DNA from: Lingula anatina
Taxonomy: Eukaryota > Animalia > Brachiopoda
Direction of reading: 5' to 3'
Assembly (NCBI GenBank): GCA_051362555.1
Contig: CM120646.1
Span: 6,138,001 to 6,202,000 of the forward strand
DNA: 64,000 nucleotides
The translations under genes and the position numbers were made by a program. How positions within the stretch are numbered: the first letter of the stretch is position 1; every line of letters starts with the position of its first letter. Below the pieces are notes generated by a model. That model made no database searches. It was not told the origin of the DNA and saw nothing but the letters and a program-made list of their open reading frames with translations. Below, piece after piece: positions 1 to 10,578 of this stretch.

Positions 1-496
1 AGTTCTTCACCTAAGATGGCCATGTCAGATTCAGGCATTTTCAAATATTGATTAATTTTTTAGTGACAGAATTTTCAAGTCTTTACCATAAATGTACATG
101 TATCTTGCACACATAAGGCATTTACTTTATCAGACAACTTTTGCATCTGGTCCCAGCCCCTTCAAAGATTGTGATGCACCACTTTCACTTTCAAACTTCA
201 CTTCAACTACTGACACACTGTGATCTAAAAATATTTTACAATTTCCAACTCCACCACCAATCAACCGATGCACCACTTTCACTTTACAACTATTGTTCCT
301 CATCTATTGCACAGTGTATACAGTCGATCACTTTCACTTTATGACTGTCCTTCCTCATCTGTTACCCATGGTAGTGCTAGAAATCACTTTCAGATTAAAA
401 ACTCTTCTTCATCACATGATTTGCTTTGCTATACACCATTTTTACTTTAAAATTCTTCTTCCTCCTCTGTAACACAGCAATACCCAAACAAAAATG

Positions 497-907
497 GCAA
501 GCTTGCAATTCATTGCTATTGCAAGCTTGCGGCAAGCTTGATTCGCAAGCTCGGAATTGGAACCTCGCGACGAGCTAGTAATTGAAACCTCGCGGCAAGC
601 TAAAATCGCAAGCTTGCAGCAGGCCAAACTGCAAGCTTGCGACAGGCCAAACCGCAAGCTTGCAGCAAGCCAAACTGCAAGCTTGCGGCAAGCTTAATTT
701 GCAAGCTCGAAATTGGAACCTCGCGACGAGCTAGTAATTGAAACCTCGCGGCAAGCTAAAACCACAAGCTTGCAGCAGACCAAACTGCAAGCTTGCGACA
801 GGTCAAACCGCAAGCTTGCAGCAAGCCAAACTGCAAGCTTGTGGCAAACTAAACTGCAAGCTTGCAGAAAGCAAAACTGCAAGCTTGCACAAAGCTTAAC
901 TGCAAGC
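497..907. repeat. Left subterminal array of palindromic GCAAGCTTGC motifs, including a ~156-bp tandem duplication (~529-684 / ~685-840)
   Basis: About 20 exact or near copies by hand count. Runs at 608, 631, 654, 677 and at 764, 787, 810, 833, 856, 879, 902 have an exact 23-bp period. Confidence 0.95.
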
Positions 908-1064
908 ACACTGAAACTATTTTCTAAAGGTTAACTGCATACAAAATTGACACAAATAACTACTGAGTAGGAGGTTTCACTCATCTATTATCTAGATTAT
1001 TGTACAGAAAATGAATAGTAATTTGAATTACTAACAACAAGGAAAATTGAAAAAAAAAAAAGTT

Positions 1065-1440
1065 GATATATACAAGCATACAAATCTATTAAGTAGTGTA
1101 ATGATTAATTTCTGGAAAATATTACAAGCAAGTGTTCCTTTTATTAACCATCAATGACAAAAATTTTTAAAAAATGTAATATATATACAAGCATCTAATA
1201 AGTAGTGTAATAATTAATTTCTGGATAACATAACAAGCAAGTGTCCCTTTATCTACCAACAATGAGGAAAATTTTTAAAAAATGTAATATATATACAAGC
1301 ATATAAATCTATTAAGTAGTGTAATGATTAATTTCTGGATAACATTACAAGCAAGTGTCCCTTTATCTACCAACAATGAGGAAAATTTTAAAAAAATGTA
1401 ATATATATATACAAGCATGTAAATCTATTAAGTAGTGTTA
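1065..1440. repeat. ~115-120-bp AT-rich tandem repeat, about 3.3 copies, inside the transposon downstream of the BEN gene
   Basis: The unit ATATACAAGCAT...AAATCTATTAAGTAGTGTAATGATTAATTTCTGG...CAAGCAAGTGTCCCTTT recurs at ~1068, ~1183, ~1292 and, partially, ~1408. Confidence 0.9.
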
Positions 1441-1905
1441 TGTACAGAAAAGCAAAAAATAACAATGCACAAAATAGGCTTCAGTAACTGTAAATTCTGA
1501 TGCAAAAGTACATATGCTTCACTGCAAATTCAACATCAAATTCTAATTATGCTCAGCAGGTAATACCGATGTAAGTAAAATATGTAACAAGCAGAAGGCT
1601 TCAGGGCCAACGAGAGTTCTCGTTCACACTTTGAAAATGCCAGAATGAGGAAAATGAAAATTTCACACAATATTGAGAATGGTCTTTGATACTTCGTGGA
1701 TGGCGCTTGATAAAATATGGTGGTCTAATACATTTTATGAATATTCATCAGTTCTGTAAGTATAAAGCCAAAAAGTAAATTTTTTTTCCACTTATCGTGT
1801 TTACGATGAAAGTGCACGGCAAAGACGACGACAACAGACGCAGGTGACGGCTATATGTACAGACACATCTGTGACTGTACATAAAAACAAAATGTTCAAG
1901 GGCTA

Positions 1906-4900
1906 TTAAACGTTGCTATTGTGTAAAGCTCTGCGTGCAGTTGCACACTTGGAGTTGATGACATTGTTCATAACAGCATCTGTTAAACTAAATTGCCCAG
2001 TAATTTTTCTTATGTGTTTCTCTGTGAACCTTTTAATTGCATTAAGCACTTCTTCTGGCAGAGCTTCAGTTTTTTCTCCAGAATCAGCTAACTTGCTGTT
2101 ATGAGCCACTCGTTTACCTTTGGCGCTGGAAATGGCCAATACCTCTCGTTTGAAGAACACGTCCAGAAAATTAATAATAAGCTTCCTTGCATTTGTCCCT
2201 GCTTTTTGTATACGCTGAGACAGTTGCTGAGCCGTCAGGTACACCTCTGATTCTGGTATCAGTCTCACTTTCAGGGCTCCATTCATCTGTTAAATATAAG
2301 AGCATTGATTGTCTAAATGTTTAACAAAAATATCGTCAAAGCCATCAAGATTGAAATTTAATACTCTTGAATAATGTCAGGTAAGAGAAATGCATAACAT
2401 TTTCCCCCAGATATTAGAAAAGTATACATTTGTTAAAGTCATAGTCTCAAGGGCTACATGGTCATTTTACTAGTGGAAGTACACAAAAAATAATAACAGA
2501 CCAGTAAAAACTAGAGATAAAGCCACGACCAAAGTACATTGGGAAATATTCAGATGTACATTTCGGGAAAATGTGCATCTGGTAAAATAAAACACACTGA
2601 TATTTATCAATTACCAATGAACAGTACATTTGTATATAAGAATTCATTCTTACAGTCACTCTTTGCTCCCAGTAAGCTTGACTGCAGCCATTTCTCTTGG
2701 TGTCACCCTCTGTGGACCCTCTCTCTGGCTCAAAATCTTCCTCTCTGTGTGTTGATGGTTGCCTCTCCCCATGTTCGTGTCTTGCTGCATTCTCCGTAAA
2801 TGGACTCTCTTCATGATCATGTCTAGCTGAACTTTCAGTGAATGCTAATCTCCTTGACTTTGGTCTCACCAATGTTGGCATGTTGACTGTAGATTCCTAA
2901 TGTTATTGCAAAATATTCTGTTATATGTATATTACTATACTTTTACATAATCAGTACATTATGTGTCAATAGATTATGTCAACAAAAAATTACTACCAAG
3001 AATTTCACATGTTAAAGTAAGTTAAAATTTGAGAATTATTATCTCTGTGGGACTTAATATTTGATAGAACAGTTACACCAATAACAACACACAGTAATGC
3101 CTGATGTCACTGTCGATCACTATTATTTGAGGTGGATTATATCAAGCATTTATTTGTGAGTGGAGTTATTCACAAATTTGAAATCCTCACGAATACTGTT
3201 TTGGTACCTCAACTCCTATATAAATGGCTTCTCTGCTCCTCACAAAATTATTTTTGTTATTCCTTAAATATAGAGCTCTTGAAACTGCAAGTATTATAAA
3301 CATTCTACCATGGCAATTTTAAAAATTTTCAAGGTTATTTTCTAGTAACATATGTCTAAATATAAACTGATGGATTAACTCTATAGTATTCAAAATTTTT
3401 AATGCAAATTAAATGAACTCATTAATGCGTCACTTTTGGAAGTACTAAGTAACTTACATGTAGAACTTCAGATTCTTTATTGCTAGTGATAGTGCTGTTA
3501 TAACCACGGTAATGCCTACAAAAAGAAAAGCAATATACCATTTTAACCTTTGTACTTTTCAAGACAACTCAACCATTGACACCATGTTCTGTTGTCTTTT
3601 GATTCATCATGTATTAAGCCCCGTACACATGATCGAAAGAAAATGTACAGTGTGCTTTGCAGGAGGGGAAATATAATTCCGCTAAACATTGTTTATAATA
3701 GCAAATAGTTTTTTTTCAGCACAAATTAATTAAGCACTTACAGTTTTATCTATAGATACTAATACAGTATAACCTGTCTAAACCGGATGTCACCAGGACC
3801 AAACTATTTGGCCGGTGTACACAGGTGTTCGGTTTGTAGAGGTCAGGTAAAGTCAACATTTAGTTAACATAGACCAAATTGTAAGGCGGAATCGACAGGG
3901 ATCCAGATTACACAGGGTCTGGTTTAGACAGGTTATACTGTACTTACTTTTTCTGTTCAAGTGCAATTCTCTATTAATGCTTACATTTTCTGTTCCAGTG
4001 CAGTGCATAAATTCTGAAGGAAATGTATTTTTCTTGGAGTTGCCTCTAATCCTGAATCAAACAATAAAGTGCTTATGTTGCAAATGGTACAGTAATTTGA
4101 GATTTTCTTCCATTTAACATCTAGTTATACCATGTACATATAACAAAGCAAAGATAAGCAGGACGAAGTAGAAGCTGAAAGGCAGAGAGCATGGTATGAT
4201 TAATATGTTATGAACACCAGAAAATTAATTTAATAGAGACTCTTTGAAAGGACCAAACTTTTACTTCCCCAGATTGCAGAATAATAAACATGATAAATGA
4301 ACAAATTAAGTACGACTATGAGATATGATGTTCAGAAAATAGAAATTTGTAATAATTATCAAATCCATATTTCACTAACGTACATAAAAAACACTGAAGA
4401 TTTACTACAGTTATATTCATAAAAATTAATTATATATATAAAGAACTTCAAACATGACACATACCAATGTTGCTGCAGCTATTGCTATGTTGCAGTTCTT
4501 GAATCAACATCTGATTTTCTGCTCTCAGAGCTGCATTCTCTTGCTGCAGTAAAGATATCTGTTCTGCATGAGTTTGCATTGTAGAGATGGAGTAATTGTA
4601 TGGTCTCTCATATCCAGGATAATTTACATATTGTACTGATTGCCCAGGATGCATGTAACCATACAAATGGTCCAATCCTTGGTTAATGCCACTAGATGTC
4701 ATCCTAGGCTGCTGATTGAAATCCATGAAAGCTGATTGTGTTGGCAGTTCTGGCATGTGGAGTTTATCATTGTCCGAAAGCAACTCCTGATAATTATCAG
4801 TGTCAGTGCAAGTCACCTGGTCAGGAGTACATTCTTGGCTGTCTGCAGCTGTCTGATTTGGGACTTCGTTCAGATCATTCCTTCTTCGACTAATAATGTT

Positions 4901-7900
4901 CTCTAAACTTTTATTAGCCACCTCCAATTTCTTAAGATCGATTTCCTTTTTTCTTTTCTTTTCTTTAACTTTTTCTTCATCTGCCTCTGAACTAACTTTT
5001 TTCACTTGGTTGGTACTCTTGCTCCTTTTTCTCTTTCTTAGGGGACTGCTCACTGTAATTTCTGTACAAATGATAAAAATAACATCATTCTTGGACTCTT
5101 GTAAGGAACTGAGAATGTCACAAGCAGTAAAGAGAGCAACAAGAGGCCCACGGGCCTTAATGCTCAAAAGTATCTCATCTTCACATAAGCCCCTACAGCT
5201 CCCAAAAGCAATTGGTTTAGTATTTTAAGCACTGAATCGATAACCTTTTCCTTTAACCCCTGAACCTTTAAAGTTTGCAGAAATAATCCTTTTATTAGTC
5301 CCTTAAACTATAAAAATGCATACTCATAAATTGACAGTTTTGCAGAAAATTGACCATTTAAAATCCTCCTATTAAGTACAGCCGACCTTTGACTCCATGA
5401 CTTTGATACTTTGAGAGGATAAACCTCACATTAATCCCAACAACTTTCTCAAGTATGAGGCTATACAAAATGTCGTTGGTTTTCCAAAAAAAATGGCACT
5501 TTTTGTTTTTCAAGATTTTTACTATGTACAAAAAATGTCCCAACCCCTGCGTACTGAACATTGTAACATTGAAACTTTTGTCATAAAGAACAACATTGCT
5601 ACTTGCTGGACACCATCACTTGTGGTAAAATTGTATACAGATAGCTATAACGTATTGTATGGCAATTATGAAAATACAGCTGAAGTCACTGTTTAACCCT
5701 CATCCACAAGGAAATGGAACCCTATGTAAACCCTGAAACCGGGCCTCAGAGGCCCGGTGTACCATGTAAATCTGACTCCCCCCAAAAAACATTCAAAAAT
5801 CTAATTTAATTTGAGTTAATGACTATGATATTGTAGTATGCATAATGGAGGACACATTGGCACTTTTTGTTAGTTTGCAGGTGAAAATTTTCATGAAAAA
5901 ATAAAGAAAAATTAAAGATTTGTATTTTACCACCCAAGGACTCCCCTATGAAAAAGCTATTTACTTGACATTTGATGACAATTTCAACATCTTTTCTTTG
6001 AGGATACTTTATGAGGAATATATTGAAAGTACTTGAAAGTTAAATGGTTAAAAAATTGGGTGAAAAAAAAATAATAATAAAAAAACACATTAAAAAATAA
6101 GAAAAATTAAAGATTTTTATTCTCACACCCAATGACCCCCCTATGAAAAAGCTATTTATTTGATGTTTGATGACCATTCTGACATCTTTTCTTTGAGGAT
6201 ACTTTATGAGGAATATATTGAAAGTACTTGAAAGTTTGATGGTTAAAAAATTGGGTGAAAAAAATAATAAAAAAACACATGAAAAATAAGAAAAATTAAA
6301 GATTTGTATTCTAACACCCAATGACTCCCCTATGAAAAGGCTATCTATTTGATATTTGATGATCATTCTGACATCTTTTCTTTAAGGATACTTAATGAAG
6401 AATATATTGGAAATATTTGAAAATTTGAATGGTAAAATACTGGGTATGCTATATAAGAAGAATTCAGTAAAAAGGCGATGGGGCCAATTTCCCGAGGAAA
6501 AAAGGTAGCATTTTGACATGGAAGTGCAAAACCTACAGGTAGTAAGATGAATACTTGTTTTAAAAATATTCACCAAAATTTTCACCACCAAACTTTCAAA
6601 TAATAACAAAAAGTACATCTCTGTGCAAACTATGTAGAAAAACAATGGTATGGTGACTGAATATAAAATAGGTCCTTTTCTTTATGGGAATCCAAATCTC
6701 ATGGGTATAAAAATGAAGATTTTCATGATTTATTTTTCATTCTTTCACTAACTATTTAATCATCAAACTTTTAAATATTTCCAATATATTTTTCATAAAG
6801 TATCCTAATAGAAAAGATGTCAGAATGATCATCAAATATCAAATAAATAGCTTTTTCATAGGGGAGTTATTGGGTGATAAAATGCACATTTTTAATTTTC
6901 TATTTTTCATGTTTTTTTTTTTTAGTTTTTTCACCCAATAGTTTACCATCAAACTTTCAAATATTTCCAATATAATCTTCATAAATTAAATTTAAAGGAA
7001 AGATGTAGAAATGATCATCCAATATCAAATAAATAGCTTTTTCAAAGGGGAGACAATGGGCGGTTAAGTGCACATTTTTAATTTTCATATTTTTTTCATG
7101 AAAATATTCACCTGCAAACTTAAAAAAAAAGTGCCAAAGTATCCTCCATTTTACATACTACAATATCACAGTCATATACTCAAATAAAGTAAGATTTATG
7201 AACATTTGTGGAGGGGGAGTCAAATTTTCATGGGGAGTCAGATTTTCATTATGAAAATCTGACTGGGGGAGTCAGATTTTCATGTTACACCAGTCCCTTG
7301 CTAGCTTTACCTCCTCCTGGGTGCATGAGTATACACTGTGTATGGAAAATGCGGAAAAACATTTTTTTTTCTCAAAATGGAAAGTTTCGCAAAGGTAGCG
7401 CAGTCTGTCAGGTATGTAATAATGATAGATTTAAACTGATATCTGCATATCAGGTGACCATGCAAGGTGATCGATTACTCATAAATAATAATTTCTCCAG
7501 GTCTTGAATCTTTCACAGGCAGATTTCATTGACCATACTGATAGTCATAGCACACATGATATTGCTTGTGTAAAACATTTTATAGCAAAGATATTTGAGG
7601 TAACATGGACTTATTTATCCCATGTGGAAGTAAAATATCAAGCGACCGGGCCTCAGAGGCCCGGTTTCCAGGAAATGGGACTAACTTTTGGAAAAGTTAA
7701 TTTCTACATATGTTGTAAATTATTTCAAAACTAATTATTCATCCATTGATGGGGTATAAGTTGCTTGAGGATTACATGAAAGGAACAGGCTCAAAACCTC
7801 ATGCTAATGAAGAGAGAGCAAAAGATACATGGGTCCGGGCCTGCGAGGCCCCTGAAAGGTGATTGAGGGTTAAACACCAAGTTATTGACTGCAACAACAT

Positions 7901-10385
7901 AGAAAGAAATGCTAACACAATCAATCTGATTGGCAATGGACAATGAATGAAAATATTTTGGTGCATGACATTAGTTCATTGAGAGAAATTTACCAGTACA
8001 TTCCTCTTCTTCAGAATTACCATCCTCAAATTTATCATGGTCTTGCTGATCTTGGTGTGCTGCCAGCTGAAGCTTCTGTCTTTTATCCATCTCTGATTCA
8101 AGCTCTTTTTTTGATTCTTATAAAATAAGATCAAAACATTTTCATGCATATAAATCATTGGCGACAATTAGAAAATGATAAGTACTTGCAATTACTATAT
8201 TAACTCAATTTAACTGTTTGTTAACTTAATTTTTCCAAGGTTGCTGTGTAATGTTACTAATTTTAAAGAAAGCTTTTTGTAAACAGAATCCAGGTACAAA
8301 AATAGTCAAATTCTGTTATGAATTGGCGAAAACAGAGTCTATACTTGAAAATCTTAATTATATAAGTTAAGTCAGACAATGGCTTCTTGAATTGGGATAA
8401 AAAGAAAAATATTCCTTTAATTTTATCAAGTAATCACTATGAGATGGCTCTTTATTTGACAAAACAGGATCAATTTTACCTAATCATTTCAATTTCAAAA
8501 GAAAATGAGGGAAAAAACTTTAAATAAATGGGAATAACATTGTATCTAGGAACCGTGGGAGGGGGAATTCACAGACAATTCTTGTACAAAGACCAAAGTT
8601 AGACATAAGAAAATATAGTTTCAGTGTGAGATCTACAAATTTATGGAATAGTTTACCAGAAAATGTTGTGTGTGCACAGTCTATTAACTCATTTAAAAAC
8701 AGAGACTTGACCATTTTTGGAGGAACCAAGACGTACTATACAGTGTTTTATTTACAATTTGGAACTAGAGAGTCAGATGACTCGCTGACACTGCAGATTA
8801 CGAGTCATTTTTTATTTTCAGGAGTCAAAATTTTCCCGCCTTTTTGGAATGGGTAATTTTAACTAGTAATGATGCGTACAACCATATATTATGTAAACAG
8901 ATTGTATATGAATTGAGGTTGTTTATTTGTAATTGTTATATCCCAGACTAAAAGTATAGAATTCTATCTACAGGAACTGAAGAATACAAAAAAAAAAAAA
9001 AAAAAAAAAACAGCTTTTGTATAAGTGTATTCAACATATGACAACAAACACACTAATAGTCATACAACTTCAAAATGATATGGACAAAAGTATGCATTTT
9101 GATTTGTTTTTTCTAACAAAAACCGTTAAAACAAAGGATTACTAACATGATTAAACCTAAAGGTAGATATATGAACAAAAAATCACCAAGATAAACAATA
9201 AATTAAAATTGATATGGATAAACTTTGTGTTGACTAGTATGTAAAAAAATTTTCAAAAATTATATGGACATAAATGGAAAACAATTTATATAGGAGGGAA
9301 TAAGATTGTCAAACACAAAAAAGTAGATAAATGAAGACAAGGAATTTCAATAGATAATTACTATGGCAATAACAAATTATATTCCAATCTGGAAAAATTA
9401 TGTTTTGACTATTAAACATAAAAACACAATACTAGACATTTCACCTGTGATTTTATACACGTAGTGTAACATATTTTAACCATTTAGAGTAATCTCTGTC
9501 ACCAGTTTGCGGACTAAACTTTTTTTTATGTCAAACCAATTACATTTGGATCTTAAAACACAATAAAATATTTAAATTGAATTTAAAAACCCGTATTGTG
9601 CCTATAGCAGCATTGTACTAGTAGTGTACTATCGGTGGCAAGTTGACATACTTTTTTGCAACACAACAACGATCGGAAATAGGCCTACTAGTACATGTAG
9701 GTTTTTAATCGGCAATATTACAACAATTTTGAAAGTAATTAGTTGTGGCTGTCATACATTAGGGTCAAATGACGCACTAGATCATATTTTTTTGCGTCAA
9801 TTTTAGGATTCATGCGTTTTTTACGCATGACGCAGAGGTAAATAAAACACTGACTATATGACTATTAACTTATAAGGCAGATATGAAAACAACGTATGAC
9901 AAAAACCGGAAGTCAAGTTATTGAGTGCAACGAAGAGGACCCTCTGGGACCTGTGTTGGAAAGCAACAATAAGTAACAATAAGTAACAAAATTACATTAT
10001 CAGTTTCTCAAGACGGCACGGACTGCAGGAGACCTACATTCTACCTCAATGACGATTTTAAGCTCACAGACAATACTAGTTTCAGCATGAAAAAAAAATT
10101 CTTTGAACTTCATTCATAAAATACTTCTAAAAAATATCTGTGTTTTCTCAACTGACGATTAAATTAGAAAAATGTATGTTGTTTAACAAAGGAAAACTTA
10201 CCGCCAATTTCTACGATGACACCTTTCCACAGTCCAAATTTCGGTAGCTTTGCTACAACTTCGTCACCTTTTTTGTATTCAAGAAAGCCTTTTCTCGGTT
10301 CTTTGATAATTTTTATACTGTTGACGCTAGTTGTATTGTCATCCCAGTCGAACCAACAAAAGAGATTCGCGGTGTTTTCTTCCAT
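1906..10385 (-). CDS. Transposon ORF2: ~550-aa BEN-domain protein (N-terminal Tudor/PWWP-like or BEND5-like domain, coiled coil, C-terminal BEN domain), 7 exons
   Basis: Exons 10385-10202, 8116-7994, 5061-4465, 4051-3985, 3515-3458, 2896-2654, 2286-1906. All introns are GT-AG, phases are consistent, total 1653 nt with no stop. The last exon has BEN hallmarks (ARKLIINFLDVFFKREVLAISSAKG...LPEEVLNAIK...VINSKCATARR). Coiled coil ISLLQQENAALRAENQMLIQEL. Basic NLS-like RKRKRSK. Confidence 0.88.
3765..3940. mobile_element. 176-bp Tc1/mariner (pogo/Tigger-type) MITE in an intron of the BEN gene
   Basis: 20-bp TIR CAGTATAACCTGTCTAAACC / GGTTTAGACAGGTTATACTG, with TA on both sides. Confidence 0.9.
5697..7869. 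mobile_element. Non-autonomous piggyBac-like element in BEN-gene intron 2, interrupted by a Ginger-like element
   Basis: TTAA at 5693-5696 and 7870-7873. CCCTCA...TGAGGG termini (9/11 TIR match). Subterminal palindrome ACCGGGCCTCAGAGGCCCGGT near both ends (~5738, ~7645; variant ~7835). Confidence 0.72.
5758..7289. mobile_element. Non-autonomous Ginger1-like foldback element
   Basis: TGT...ACA termini (TGTACCATGTAAATCTGACTCCCCC vs GGGGGAGTCAGATTTTCATGTTACA). Flanked by CCGG (5754-5757) and CCAG (7290-7293). Long inverted arms built from ~180-bp units. TGT termini with a 4-bp CCGG-type target match published Ginger1 features as I recall them. Confidence 0.75.
8540..8810 (+). mobile_element. 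3' fragment of a CR1/L2-clade LINE (end of ORF2 plus 3' UTR) in BEN-gene intron 1
   Basis: Translates RGNSQTILVQRPKLDIRKYSFSVRSTNLWNSLPENVVCAQSINSFKNR, matching the CR1 ORF2 C-terminal pattern RG(H/N)S..L.....LD.RK..FS.R....WN.LP..VV.A.S...FK. Confidence 0.8.
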
Positions 10386-10578
10386 TTTTTCGTATTCTCG
10401 AGCTCGCATGAACTTGATGCAGCGGATAGAGCAGACGACATTTCCGCGCATGCGTACGAGCGCTTTGTCTACGCGCCATAGGTGGCGCTGCGGTCATTTC
10501 TTCCGTGAACTGTACATGTAATGTAATAAAGAGGTCTTGAAATCGACGCATGTCTGGGAGTTTTAGCCATAAAAAATC
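10386..10578. promoter_or_regulatory. Putative bidirectional CpG-rich promoter between the BEN gene and the transposase
   Basis: 193 bp between divergent ATGs (10385 on -, 10579 on +). Locally CpG-rich. Contains TTTCCGCGC (E2F-like, 10441) overlapping GCGCATGCG (NRF1-like, 10446) and CTTCCG (ETS-like, ~10500). Confidence 0.6.

Noticed and set aside
497-907. Regularly spaced palindromic repeats resembling a CRISPR array
   Set aside because: Eukaryotic context, spacers of only ~13 bp that are related to each other, no cas genes; fully explained as transposon subterminal repeats.
442-934. Cys/Lys/Leu/Ala-rich ORFs on both strands (also 15038-15415)
   Set aside because: Artefacts of translating the palindromic GCAAGCTTGC subterminal arrays.
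3943-3975. Duplicated exon end plus donor (TGCACTTGAACAGAAAAA|GTAAGT) next to BEN exon 4
   Set aside because: Too close to be a separate exon, and read-through to it hits an in-frame TAA. Probably a neutral local duplication.
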